Assembly (NCBI GenBank): GCA_001775095.1
Contig: MFCA01000029.1
Span: forward strand, 55,975-119,974
Source: Candidatus Curtissbacteria bacterium RIFOXYA1_FULL_41_14
GTDB taxonomy: Bacteria > Patescibacteriota > Microgenomatia > Curtissbacterales > GWA2-41-24
Direction: 5' to 3'
Length of the DNA stretch: 64,000 nt
Program-made: the position numbers and the translations under genes
The notes under the pieces: model-generated
What the model saw: only the letters and a program-made list of their open reading frames with translations
Told to the model about the DNA's origin: nothing
The model's database searches: none
Shown: positions 38,008-48,314 of the stretch, piece after piece
How positions within the stretch are numbered: the stretch's first letter is position 1
Layout: each line of letters starts with the position of its first letter

Positions 38008-38108
38008 ATAAACTTCCGAGGACTGAAAGTCCTCGGTATTGCTCTTTAAGTTTACATGAGCGAGCAGAGTATGTATTCACTTTTGCAATCTTGCTCTGCG
38101 AGCGAATA
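38008..38108. mobile_element. IS200/IS605-end-like hairpin element, copy 2 (overlaps the last codons of the upstream gene)
   Basis: CCGAGGACT-GAA-AGTCCTCGG hairpin, AAGTTTACATGAGCGAGCAGA and GCGAGCGAATA shared with copy 1. Confidence 0.6.
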
Positions 38109-39666
38109 TATGTTTTGCAAAAGAAAAAAGGAAAATTACTTGTAAGAAAATGGCAACAAATAAAGGGAACAGAATCAAATAACCTTTCAAGATCTGAGGC
38201 TTGTATTGACTTATCTGTTTAACAAAAGTAGAAACGTTGGTTGTTTCATAATAAGAAGCGGAAACATAACTAAGCGATACGTTATTAAATATGACCATCA
38301 AAAACACGATAAAAAAAAGTAGATATTTGGCAAATTTCTTAAATATCAACTGTGATACCTGCCAAAATCCGATTGTTAAAATTGTAAAATGGGGAATAAT
38401 CATCGGGAAGAAATAACGTCCCTGAATTCCAAAAGAATACCCATGCTCCAAATCAAAGAAATAATCCCATATAAGGAAAATTAGAAAATAGACTATTGAT
38501 GCATAAAGCATAAAAAATAGACCCAGGTCCAGTTCTTCAACTTTTCTTCTCTTAATAATTTGAAGTAGTTTAATGATAATCCCGGCAAATGCGATAAGAA
38601 TTAATCTGTTAATAATTTGGTAGTTGATATGAGGTACCGTTAGCGAAAGCCATTTGTATACGCCGAAGTACCACGGTAAAACTTCATCGTAAGTATGACG
38701 AGCAGTCCAGAGGGCAAATTGTAAAAAACGATTATCCAATAATTTGCTTAGTTCAACCTTGCCAATTTCAAAAAACGAAAAATTTCTTATAGGTTCTAAA
38801 TATTTTATGAAAAAACTTGCGATAAAGGTAATCACGATAAAGATTAGCAGGAGGGTCAAACTTTTTTTAAGAAATTTTAGATTTTTAAATATTTGGTAAA
38901 GAATCGGAAAGAGTACTATTGGTATGGAAATTAAAAATTGTTGCCTGGTTAAAAAACCTAAGATTATTACAATTGTTAAAAAAAATATCACAAAAAAATT
39001 TAGCCCTTTTGTTAAAATCTTTATACTTAAAAAAATAACCAGTGAGAAAAGCAAATTAGTCAGCGGGTCCGGTAAAACGCCGGTTGAAGCAAAAACAAAC
39101 ATCGGCGTAAATGCAACCAGACTCGCAAGCACTAATGGCAATGTTTTATTTTTGACAAAAATTATCTGGCCGATTTTATAACTTACAATTATCATAGTTA
39201 TGAAGAAAATTAATGACATCAGTCTTACTGCGTAGACCCTACTAAAAAGACTAGCGTTTTCAAATACTCTGTAAAATACAGAACCTAAAAAGGGGTAAAG
39301 CGGCGGGTTAAGAGTTGCTTCGTTTTTGACCAACTGGGTTCTGGCGGATCTTGGAAGATTATTGATTAAATTCTCTTGATAACCATAATAATTATCGGTG
39401 TAATCAAGCTTAAATTCTGGATGATAGGTAAATTTGTTATTACCTAACCCATCTCTTTCCGTACCCAAAATTTTTTCCGATAATGTAATTTCTAAGGACG
39501 TGTTGAGTTTATCAACTGGCCTTTGCCCTAGTTCTGCAACGTCTTGAATTTGTGCAAAATGGGCTTGTTCATCAGGATATTGCCAGAGAGGTGTCAAGAC
39601 TATCCATAAAACTGCATTCAAAAATGCAGAAACAAGAAGTATCCTGATTAATTGACTGGTATTCAT
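38077..39666 (-). CDS. DUF2142-like GT-C membrane protein
   Basis: TP..Q.PDEQAH, NPPLY, QGRYFFP. Confidence 0.78.
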   Translation of the reverse strand: MNTSQLIRILLVSAFLNAVLWIVLTPLWQYPDEQAHFAQIQDVAELGQRPVDKLNTSLEITLSEKILGTERDGLGNNKFTYHPEFKLDYTDNYYGYQENLINNLPRSARTQLVKNEATLNPPLYPFLGSVFYRVFENASLFSRVYAVRLMSLIFFITMIIVSYKIGQIIFVKNKTLPLVLASLVAFTPMFVFASTGVLPDPLTNLLFSLVIFLSIKILTKGLNFFVIFFLTIVIILGFLTRQQFLISIPIVLFPILYQIFKNLKFLKKSLTLLLIFIVITFIASFFIKYLEPIRNFSFFEIGKVELSKLLDNRFLQFALWTARHTYDEVLPWYFGVYKWLSLTVPHINYQIINRLILIAFAGIIIKLLQIIKRRKVEELDLGLFFMLYASIVYFLIFLIWDYFFDLEHGYSFGIQGRYFFPMIIPHFTILTIGFWQVSQLIFKKFAKYLLFFIVFLMVIFNNVSLSYVSASYYETTNVSTFVKQISQYKPQILKGYLILFPLFVAIFLQVIFLFSFAKHIFARRARLQK

Positions 39667-39675
39667 CCAGGGTTT

Positions 39676-40362
39676 TTAGTCTGTGAATTTATATTTAAGC
39701 AGAAAGTAAATAGCAACAAAACCGTCCCACCATTTGATTTTCTTTTCGGAAATTGGCCTAGGATTGTAGCTTATGGGAACCTCAATTATTTTCACTTTAC
39801 GTTTTGCTATTTTGGCAGTTACTTCCGGGCAGAATTCAAAGCCTCTCGATTCAAGTTTTATCGCTTTGATTAATTTTGCCCTGAAAAGTTTATAACCCGT
39901 CGGCTCATCGGTAATGTGCGTTTTGTACAAAAGGTTGGTAATTTTGGTAACCAATCGTCCGCCCAGATTAAACGTCCAATGAGAAACTGGGTTTTTGACA
40001 AGTTCCCTTGAGCCATATACTACTTGAACATCTTTGTTTCTGAAAGGTGAAAGCAGGTTGTTGTAGTCTTTGGGATCATATTCAAAATCAGCATCCTGAA
40101 TAATCACAATATCGCCAGTCACGTGTTTCAAGGCCTTTCTTATGGACGCACCTTTGCCTAAATTTCTGGGGTTCGTGATAATTTTGTGGTTTTTAAGTTT
40201 TCTAAGATAGCTTGCTGTCTGATCAGTTGACCCGTCGTTTACAATAATGATCTCTTTTTGGTAGGGAATTTTAACTTTGCCGATTCGGCCCAATAATCCG
40301 TCTAATGAGTAAAATTCATTAAAGCTTGGAATAATTATTGAAACTTTTACTTTTTTTGGCAT
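39676..40362 (-). CDS. GT2 polyprenyl-phosphate glycosyltransferase (DPM1-like)
   Basis: NDGSTD, GKG, QDADFEYDP, VYGSR, TDEPTGYK, EVPISY. Confidence 0.88.
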   Translation of the reverse strand: MPKKVKVSIIIPSFNEFYSLDGLLGRIGKVKIPYQKEIIIVNDGSTDQTASYLRKLKNHKIITNPRNLGKGASIRKALKHVTGDIVIIQDADFEYDPKDYNNLLSPFRNKDVQVVYGSRELVKNPVSHWTFNLGGRLVTKITNLLYKTHITDEPTGYKLFRAKLIKAIKLESRGFEFCPEVTAKIAKRKVKIIEVPISYNPRPISEKKIKWWDGFVAIYFLLKYKFTD

Positions 40363-41036
40363 ACTGCAAAGATAGATAGTCCAACTGGAGGCTCTATTCT
40401 TTTTTCCAGGATAGTAATAAGGCCCATTATTTTATCGAAGATTCCAATTTGTCCAGCAGAGACCATTTTTCTTTTAAAGATTTTTCCGGCCACAAACCAG
40501 CCTAACAATCCGAACATATTCAGGTATTTAATTGATATTATTGTAAAGTGATTATTCTCAAGCAGATTCTTAAGTGAGTCTTTTGAGTATCTTCGGAAGT
40601 GATTGATTTCTTTATCCATCTCTCCATATGCCCACTGATGGGCCGGCACTAGAATTATCAGTTTCCCTCTGTGGCTTAACAAATTGTACAAATTCAAAAG
40701 AGCTTTGTCATCATTTTTTATATGTTCCAAAACGTTAAAACACATTATTGTTTTAAATTTTTTCTTATTAAAAAAATATATGGCTTGTTCAATATCTCCG
40801 TACCCGGCTTTTTCTTTTGGAAGGATTTTTTGAAGGTTTGTGGCTAATTCCAGGTCTTGGTCAATTGCGTAAACCAAATAGTCTTTAAGAAGCAACTCCA
40901 CAAATGCACCATTGCCGGCTCCCGCGTCAAGAATCGGGCTTTTGAGGTGATTTTTAACTTGAGTGACAAGCCATTGATTATATCTCTTGGCGGTCGTTTT
41001 CATAATATCAAGGGATTTTTTGCCTCTATATTCCAT
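40347..41036 (-). CDS. Class I SAM-dependent methyltransferase
   Basis: ILDAGAGNG, NVLEHI, VPAH, HFRRY. Confidence 0.88.
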   Translation of the reverse strand: MEYRGKKSLDIMKTTAKRYNQWLVTQVKNHLKSPILDAGAGNGAFVELLLKDYLVYAIDQDLELATNLQKILPKEKAGYGDIEQAIYFFNKKKFKTIMCFNVLEHIKNDDKALLNLYNLLSHRGKLIILVPAHQWAYGEMDKEINHFRRYSKDSLKNLLENNHFTIISIKYLNMFGLLGWFVAGKIFKRKMVSAGQIGIFDKIMGLITILEKRIEPPVGLSIFAVCQKK

Positions 41037-42600
41037 TTAATTTCCTGACTGTGATTGCGCCGTTAATATCTATCTCTTTAGTTAATTTATAGCTGTCGAA
41101 GTTTTTGAGCCAGGAATCTTTGGTGTAAAATTCATTTTGCTCGCTGTTTTCGAGAATTAAGTAAATTGTCGAGGCGATTTTGCCGTTTGAATATAATTCT
41201 TTATTCCTGACATATCGAGGTTGATTAGGTAAATAAGCAAAATCCACAGGTAAGCCTTTTTTAAATCTTACTCCCTGCCACCAAAATAAATATTGATAGG
41301 AAAAATCGTAAATAGGCGGTGTATAAACATAGACAGAAAACGGTTTTCCTTGACTATCGTCGTAAATATACTCTATCGCCGCTAACTGATTGGAAAGTTG
41401 CGCCGGGTCGTTCTTCGCATTGGCAGTTCTTTCATCTTTAGCATAAGGAAAAATATTTAAACCCAGGAATAAAACCACGAAAACAACAGCCGCAGCTTTA
41501 TTTCTGATCCCGACAAGTGCATATACGATTAAAAAGGCCACAAAAATAAAAGTTCCGTACAAATACCAAGTTTTTATTTCTACGGTAATAAAGACCGAGA
41601 AAACTATAAAAATAATCAGCAGAGAAACAACATTTATTTTTAGTAAAATATGCAAATTTTTATCCCTATCAGTCTTGATAAAATGATAAAGTCCAAATCC
41701 GATTAACAAAAGTATCAGCAATGCAATAATATTGGATTGAGGAGAAACACTTTCCTTGAAAAGTTCAAAAAAGATACCGGCTCTATCTAAGATCCTTGGA
41801 AGGAACGGCAATTGCCCGGACAAAGATGGATTGTTCCCCGCAAAATATGCAAGCAAAGACCGCGTTTGAATAAAGTTATTGCGAAGTTCAAACAGAATTT
41901 GAGGGGTAAAGGGCAAGACATAAGCAAAAAAAGATATTGCGGCAATCTTAAATAATTTCCTTGTGCGGTAGAGTTTAAAGTAAAAAAAGATAAAGATGGG
42001 AATAAAAGTAAAAACAACAGCGGACGGAGGTTCTGTATGGTAAATCAGGCTCACTGACAAAAAAGATGCTGAAATAAACAAAGGATTTTTTGTGACAGCC
42101 AGGAATAAAAAATATATCATACAAAGAGTCAAAATAGGGGTAATATTAGCCGGGAAGGCAAAAAGAGAAAGATTGATCATTTGAGAACTAAAAAGAATAA
42201 TAATTGAGAAGATAAGGGCGTAAAACCGCGACAAATATTTATGAAACCAACAGTATGCTAAAAAACCTGTCAGTGAGAGTGAGAGTGAAACGGTAATAAC
42301 TGCAGACAGCGGATGGCCATTCGATAAGAAAAGGGGTATTGATAAAAAATAGTACCATAAAGGCCCAAAGTAGACACCCCAAATACTTGCAGCGGGACCA
42401 ATTAAAGTGGGTTCTTTATAGAAGACTATGTCTTTGGCCCAAAGCAAATCACGGCCCATGTCGTAGGCGAATGGTACCGAATCTCTAATGACTATAAGCA
42501 ATCTAAGTAAAAATGCAAGACCAGCAAGTAAGATGATCAATTCGCTCAATTCTAACAAATTCTTCCGCAAAACTGGTATATTTGGAAAGTTATGAAGCAA
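41026..42600 (-). CDS. GT-C (ArnT/PMT-like) membrane glycosyltransferase; exact start uncertain
   Basis: F.YDMGRD, LIGP, FGPLWYY; similar to 34081-35727. Confidence 0.72.
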   Translation of the reverse strand: MLHNFPNIPVLRKNLLELSELIILLAGLAFLLRLLIVIRDSVPFAYDMGRDLLWAKDIVFYKEPTLIGPAASIWGVYFGPLWYYFLSIPLFLSNGHPLSAVITVSLSLSLTGFLAYCWFHKYLSRFYALIFSIIILFSSQMINLSLFAFPANITPILTLCMIYFLFLAVTKNPLFISASFLSVSLIYHTEPPSAVVFTFIPIFIFFYFKLYRTRKLFKIAAISFFAYVLPFTPQILFELRNNFIQTRSLLAYFAGNNPSLSGQLPFLPRILDRAGIFFELFKESVSPQSNIIALLILLLIGFGLYHFIKTDRDKNLHILLKINVVSLLIIFIVFSVFITVEIKTWYLYGTFIFVAFLIVYALVGIRNKAAAVVFVVLFLGLNIFPYAKDERTANAKNDPAQLSNQLAAIEYIYDDSQGKPFSVYVYTPPIYDFSYQYLFWWQGVRFKKGLPVDFAYLPNQPRYVRNKELYSNGKIASTIYLILENSEQNEFYTKDSWLKNFDSYKLTKEIDINGAITVRKLNGI

Positions 42601-43905
42601 AGATCCTGGAGGTTTGATATCTTTTTATTTTTCCTGTTGTTTTTCGCAAGCTTAATAATATTTAGAGATTCTTTATCTACTTTTTTTGTTCAGGACGATT
42701 TTATTTTAATCAACCAGTTCTCTCAAAATAGTCTTTTGCAGGATATCAAAAATGTTTTCGGCCTCCCGCAAGTTACCCATTGGCGTCCAATTCACAATTT
42801 ATTTTTTTTAATAGCCGGTAATATTTTTGACAAAAATTATGTCGGATATCATCTTCTGACTTTTCTTTTTCAAATCGGATCAGGCTTTTTAATCTATAAA
42901 GTTGTCCGAATGTTAACTAGAGATCATAAAAGCGGATTGATCGCTGGACTTATCTATACAATCCACCCTGCTCATTTTATCTCTCTTTTTTGGATTTCCG
43001 GTTCAGCAACGGTTATTGGATTTTTCTTTTTAGTTACTTCGTTCTATTGTTATTTTGTTGATAGAAAAATCGCATCTTTAATATTATATGTAATCTCTTT
43101 ACTTGCTTCTGAAGCAATGGTAGTCGGTCTGGCAATATTTACATCTTATGAATTTTTATTCAAAAAAGAAAAAACTGATAAGTTTTTATTAACAATAACT
43201 GGAATTATGTCGGTAATTTTTCTGATAATAAGGTTTGTCTTTTTTACCCCGAAAGTGACTATTGATGTTTATCAACTTGAGTTATCCGCTAAAGTTCTTA
43301 ACGCTATAAAATATTATCTTTTAAGGACAGCCGGATTTGCAGAAGCATCTGGAGATAAAATCGTCTCTCTCATACTTTTTGGCTGGCTGACTTTGATTAT
43401 TTTATTGCTATTCAAAAGTTTGAACAAAAAACAAAATATTAACCTGTTGATATTTTCAATCGTCACGATTATTGCGGGATTTTCCCCATTTATTCTAATT
43501 CCTTCCCATCTTTCTCCACACTACATGAATGTTTCGATATTTGGTTTTGCAATAATAATCGGGCTAGCACTAAAGCAGTTAAGGCCGGTGACGTCTTTTG
43601 TATTTTTGTTAATATTTTTAGGGATTTCTATCTACAATATCAATTTGACGAAAAGTAATAACTGGGTTTTCAAAAGGGCTGACTTAGCAAAGGCTTACGT
43701 CGAACAAATTGAGAAAGAAAATTCCCTTCCGGAAAGTAAACTCGTTTTTGCAGACAATAAAATGTCAACTTCACAAGAGGCTTATATCGCACTGGGAACT
43801 GGCGAGGCAATAAAATTTTGGTTTAAAGATAAAAATTACAGGATGTGTTTTACGTTTTTTGAAAACTGTGATTTTAGCCAAAATAAAATTTTTATTTTAG
43901 ACTAG
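42592..43905 (+). CDS. GT-C membrane glycosyltransferase (TMTC/PMT-like N-terminus)
   Basis: FVQDDF, WRP, YH, HP.H....WIS motifs. Confidence 0.72.
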   Translation: MKQRSWRFDIFLFFLLFFASLIIFRDSLSTFFVQDDFILINQFSQNSLLQDIKNVFGLPQVTHWRPIHNLFFLIAGNIFDKNYVGYHLLTFLFQIGSGFLIYKVVRMLTRDHKSGLIAGLIYTIHPAHFISLFWISGSATVIGFFFLVTSFYCYFVDRKIASLILYVISLLASEAMVVGLAIFTSYEFLFKKEKTDKFLLTITGIMSVIFLIIRFVFFTPKVTIDVYQLELSAKVLNAIKYYLLRTAGFAEASGDKIVSLILFGWLTLIILLLFKSLNKKQNINLLIFSIVTIIAGFSPFILIPSHLSPHYMNVSIFGFAIIIGLALKQLRPVTSFVFLLIFLGISIYNINLTKSNNWVFKRADLAKAYVEQIEKENSLPESKLVFADNKMSTSQEAYIALGTGEAIKFWFKDKNYRMCFTFFENCDFSQNKIFILD

Positions 43906-45296
43906 TTTTTCTTTCTTCGCTTCACGAGATTCACTCTCATTCCCTGCATGAATAACCACCATAAATAAAGAATCGATAATGTTAAAATCGAAATAATCGC
44001 TCCTTTTTGAAACTCTCTTTTAAAGATTAATTCTGGTGAGCCGTCAGTCTTTGACATATTTAATTTAAGAGGTGTGGTGAGTTGTTTTTCGGAAAGGTTC
44101 TCTAAACCCTCAAGGACTATCTGGGAATTTTCCCAAATGAAATATTTATTAAACACTAAGATTTGCTGAATGATAACAGAGGTGATTATTGCTGTGAATA
44201 AAATAACTTTAAAATAGTTATTGAGTCTTTTTGTTATTAACTCATATCCGAAAGCGGCAAGAGATGCTGCAGCAAAAGTACTTACAAGTGCAAATCTGGC
44301 GGGTGCGCGAAAGGGAAAGTCTGGAATATGAGCAACTATCCAATAGGGCTTAAAGTATCCTCCAAAACTTATCAGCAAAAAAATGGCCCAAATTATATAT
44401 AAAGCTCCGACAGTTTTTATATTTCTGTTTTTGAAAATAATTACAATTGGCAATAGGGCTAATAAAAATGGAGCTGTCCAGATTGTAATATTTAGTTCCC
44501 AAAAGCCTCCACCAATTTGAGTAAAACCTAAATCGTCACCTGGTCGAGAAACACCAAAGACACCCGGCAGTAGATAAGTAATAAGATGAGACTCCGGAAG
44601 TGAATAAGAGAAATGAATCGCAATACCCCAGTCTTGACGCTGAGAAATTGTAAAGAGTCGTGCGGTAGGTAAAAGCTGAATAGCGCTTAGGCCAAGTCCT
44701 AAAATTGTAAAAAAAATGACCATTAAAATTTTTTTGGTTACTTGAAAAAAGTTTTGTTTTTTAAGAATTGACAAAATGAAGACGTATGATAAATAGCCGG
44801 CAATACTTGTTAGGGCAATTTGAACGTGACCAGCTGTAATTTGAAGATATATTAAAAATGGTAACAGAAAAAGTGAATTGGTATTTTTAGACGATTTCTG
44901 GATGATCAAGAACCCCCAAGGCATGAGTGATGCCGTAAAAATGATTGAGGGCTGAAAATATCTGCTCACTATAAAACCTGAAAGAATAAAAATAAGCCCT
45001 CCCAACAGACTTCCTAGTTTGCTGCAGTTGTTCTCTTGCAGGAAAAAGTAAGTGCCGGCGATGGCGATAATCGCGTAGGACAAATAAAGTAAATTCACAG
45101 AGACTGAAAAAGGAAAGATAAATAAAATCAACGAGTTTATAGGAGAAAGAATACCCGTTTCCCCTTCAGCAAGAAGTGGGTATCCATTTTGGTAAAGCAA
45201 GGGAACCCAATGAGGAATTTGCAGATTTTTTAAGTAACCGGAAATGAGATAATACCAGGGTAAGTATTGAGTTATAAGGTCGGAAGTGTAAAACAT
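43902..45296 (-). CDS. YfhO-like GT-C membrane protein
   Basis: D...QYLP, IPHW....GYP, GH.Q, A.QLLP, FRAPARF. Confidence 0.7.
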   Translation of the reverse strand: MFYTSDLITQYLPWYYLISGYLKNLQIPHWVPLLYQNGYPLLAEGETGILSPINSLILFIFPFSVSVNLLYLSYAIIAIAGTYFFLQENNCSKLGSLLGGLIFILSGFIVSRYFQPSIIFTASLMPWGFLIIQKSSKNTNSLFLLPFLIYLQITAGHVQIALTSIAGYLSYVFILSILKKQNFFQVTKKILMVIFFTILGLGLSAIQLLPTARLFTISQRQDWGIAIHFSYSLPESHLITYLLPGVFGVSRPGDDLGFTQIGGGFWELNITIWTAPFLLALLPIVIIFKNRNIKTVGALYIIWAIFLLISFGGYFKPYWIVAHIPDFPFRAPARFALVSTFAAASLAAFGYELITKRLNNYFKVILFTAIITSVIIQQILVFNKYFIWENSQIVLEGLENLSEKQLTTPLKLNMSKTDGSPELIFKREFQKGAIISILTLSILYLWWLFMQGMRVNLVKRRKKN

Positions 45297-45306
45297 TCGT
45301 TTATAG

Positions 45307-46869
45307 TTATTGAAAAATTCTCTTCCTAAAAGCTACCAATATTAGCGAGACAAGAGTGGAAGTTAAAGTGGAAAAATTTGCGATTTTTCTAACTGGTGAT
45401 TCTTCAAAGAAAACATCTACAGATCTTTTGCCGGGTGCAAGGTTGAAACTGATTAATCCGTCTTCCTGATAAAAACTGTGTTTTTTACCATCGACCTTTA
45501 CGTTCCATCCCGGGAAATATAATTTCCTTACGATTAAATTGTCGTCTTGATTTAATTTCGCATCGAAGGAAATTCGATAAGGATTACTTTTTACATTCAT
45601 AATCTCTACTTGATTTGAATGATCAATTAGAGGTCTTTGGCTGTATGTTTTATTATTAGTCCAAATAGTGTCAAATTCGTTTTGAGTAGTGAGGGTTGGT
45701 GTTGGAATGCTGTGGACTACTTGATTTGGCTTGATGAAGTAATGGCGAGAGGTGTAAATTGCCAAGGCGATTATAAAAATAGCAAGTAATTTTTTATGTT
45801 TCACTTTATTTATTAGGTGAACGCTTAAGAATGCTGATGAGATGAGCGCAATTGAAAGAAATCTCCACGGGTAAAGCACGTAGTCAAGAGGTTTAATGTT
45901 TTCCCAAAGCAGTCTTGATGACGGATGGATTAAAAAGATCGAGACTAAAAAAACAGAAATAAGCAGAGTTGTGTCAGTATTTCTCTTTTTAATCCATAAT
46001 GCCAAGCTAAATACAAAAATTATTGAGGACGTTATCCCAATTTGAAAGGGTGTACCAATATTCACTCCTTCCCCGGGTATTCTTAAGATCTGGAATATGT
46101 TCAAGAAATGACCTTTATAAAGTTCCAGCAAGTTCTGGTCAAATTTTAAGAAATTTTTTTCAAATACTGCCGGCATCCACTGAAAAGAAGACATTAAGAT
46201 TCCCAAGAGCACTGAGAGGATTATTATTTTAATTGTTTTTATTCCTGGCTTCATAATAAATACAAAGTATAGAAAGTAAAATGGTATAAAGATAAAAAAG
46301 ATTACCGGGTGAGAAGTTACAAGTCCGAACGTCGCAATTGCCAATAAAAAAAATCCAATACCTTTATTCTTAATAATTAGGTGAAGGGAAAATAAGAACA
46401 TAACAGAAAATAATACGGCTGTTGATTCTCCAAGTGATGCTCTGGAATAAAGATTAGCGAATCTATAAGGAAGATAGCTGAAAACTAAGGCTCCTGTTAA
46501 ACTTGCAATGTTTGATGAGATATTTTTGAACAGGAAAAAAGCGAAAATACCGCTTAACAAAAAAGTAACCGATAAAACTGATTTAAAAGCTAAAGTCGAA
46601 TTATTACTTATTTGCATAAAAATTTCTGCAAGATAATACGGTAGCTGATAATTGACAACAAACAAGGGGTAGCCAATACCGTTTAAAATCGTTGGGGCGA
46701 GTCTGGGAGGAACTTGGCCAAGATCAATACTTTGATGAAACTGGTCAATTCTCGCTATATGATATAGTCCATCATGGCTTGGAAAGATTGGGCTAGCAAG
46801 TAAAAGATATTGCGATGGGAGAAGGAGAATTAAAAATATTATTAAATATTTGAATGTTTTTAGGTCCAT
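45307..46869 (-). CDS. PTPS-related/YfhO-like GT-C membrane protein
   Basis: SHDG.YH..R, G.GYPLF, PYR, YPWRFL, YFPGW. Confidence 0.75.
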   Translation of the reverse strand: MDLKTFKYLIIFLILLLPSQYLLLASPIFPSHDGLYHIARIDQFHQSIDLGQVPPRLAPTILNGIGYPLFVVNYQLPYYLAEIFMQISNNSTLAFKSVLSVTFLLSGIFAFFLFKNISSNIASLTGALVFSYLPYRFANLYSRASLGESTAVLFSVMFLFSLHLIIKNKGIGFFLLAIATFGLVTSHPVIFFIFIPFYFLYFVFIMKPGIKTIKIIILSVLLGILMSSFQWMPAVFEKNFLKFDQNLLELYKGHFLNIFQILRIPGEGVNIGTPFQIGITSSIIFVFSLALWIKKRNTDTTLLISVFLVSIFLIHPSSRLLWENIKPLDYVLYPWRFLSIALISSAFLSVHLINKVKHKKLLAIFIIALAIYTSRHYFIKPNQVVHSIPTPTLTTQNEFDTIWTNNKTYSQRPLIDHSNQVEIMNVKSNPYRISFDAKLNQDDNLIVRKLYFPGWNVKVDGKKHSFYQEDGLISFNLAPGKRSVDVFFEESPVRKIANFSTLTSTLVSLILVAFRKRIFQ

Positions 46870-46898
46870 TGTTATTTGCTAGAATGATAAAAGATAAA

Positions 46899-48314
46899 AT
46901 GACGACTTACAAGAACAAAACAGATTCCCATGTTCTTGAGGCCGTGATTCTTTCTCCATTGCTTAAGATTTACCACGTAAAACCTGGAATAAATTATTTA
47001 TTAACAGCGATTTTTTTACTTATGGGTATTTTAAACCCCGTAAATAACAACTCAGTTGATCTGTCTATAGGCTTTTTTACCTTTGGATTCGCATCCTTTC
47101 TTATTCTAGATTTTAAATTCAAACCTTGGTCTGTAATTCTATTTTCGGTAAGTGGATCAATGATTTTTTGGCTAATAAAAGATTTCAATTATTTAACTTT
47201 TTTGTCCTCAACTTGCGGAATTCTAGCCGCTTTTTTAATTAATAGATTTAGATTGGTCAATTTTGCAATCTGGGTTTTGATTATTTCCTTTTTATTGGCC
47301 TCTTGGTTTACCAGTAAAAACTTAAGAACTATTCTGGACAGCGATTTATCTGGATATGCTTACAACAATGATCCAGGAACTTTTTTAAAAACTTATTTTT
47401 TGATTGAGCGGAATGTAAATTATTATGATGCCTACCAACAAGCTTTTCTTGGAAGATTTGGCTCAAGTATCATACCTTCAGATATTTGGGGATGGCGATT
47501 GCCAACGAGTTTCATGTTGTGGAAGTTTTTACCAGGCTCCTCAGCTCTCTCGATTTATTATCTTTATTTAATGCTGGCTGCGAGTGTTCTTTACGTCTCT
47601 TTCAAAATCGGGAGTCACTACTTGGGATCCATCTCTGGTTTACTTTCTAGTTATCTTATATTTCCTTATTTGCATTATGGAGCAAGAGACATAATGTTTT
47701 TAATCACCGAGTGGTGGTCTATCTCATTCTTTATCTTAGGAATATATTTTTTGATTTATAGAAAACTTTTTCTTGCCATACTTTTATTTTCATTAACCTT
47801 AATGACAAGAGAAATTTATATATTACCACTAGGTCTGATGTTTATTTACGCATTCTTACTTAAAAGAAGAATTGTTCCAGTATTTGCAATACCAATAGCT
47901 GCCTTTTCATTGTTATTTTTCTATCACATTTCGCGAGTAAATCTATATATTGATGCTTGGCAAACATTATTTACACCAAGAACCGTAACTGATGGATTAT
48001 TTTTTATACAGCAAACTTTGGCTTTTGCATCGGGGGAATATTTGTTTTACTATTTCAGACCATTCTCTATTTTTCTTTTATTTGCGATTGTTAGCTCTTT
48101 AATTCTGACTAGGATGAGGGGTTTTAGAGAAAACGGAGTAATCTGGATTCTTGCGTATTTACCCTTCCCTGTCTCTTATTTAAGATTTGGTACATTACCC
48201 TTCAACGATTATTGGGGAATTATGTATGTTCCGCTCGTAATCATCTTGACACCCGTTTCTTTGATGTTTTTTGAGAATCGGCGATTAGGAAAAGATTCTA
48301 CCCAGGGTGATTAA
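46899..48314 (+). CDS. Polytopic membrane protein, probable GT-C; start uncertain (46884 or 46899)
   Basis: Many TMs; ND, RLP, RE motifs. Confidence 0.6.
   Translation: MTTYKNKTDSHVLEAVILSPLLKIYHVKPGINYLLTAIFLLMGILNPVNNNSVDLSIGFFTFGFASFLILDFKFKPWSVILFSVSGSMIFWLIKDFNYLTFLSSTCGILAAFLINRFRLVNFAIWVLIISFLLASWFTSKNLRTILDSDLSGYAYNNDPGTFLKTYFLIERNVNYYDAYQQAFLGRFGSSIIPSDIWGWRLPTSFMLWKFLPGSSALSIYYLYLMLAASVLYVSFKIGSHYLGSISGLLSSYLIFPYLHYGARDIMFLITEWWSISFFILGIYFLIYRKLFLAILLFSLTLMTREIYILPLGLMFIYAFLLKRRIVPVFAIPIAAFSLLFFYHISRVNLYIDAWQTLFTPRTVTDGLFFIQQTLAFASGEYLFYYFRPFSIFLLFAIVSSLILTRMRGFRENGVIWILAYLPFPVSYLRFGTLPFNDYWGIMYVPLVIILTPVSLMFFENRRLGKDSTQGD

Noticed and set aside
28567-46869. Poly-A/T tracts as phase-variation switches
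   Set aside because: Runs of 7-9 nt are expected in AT-rich, Phe/Lys-rich genes, and all reading frames are intact.
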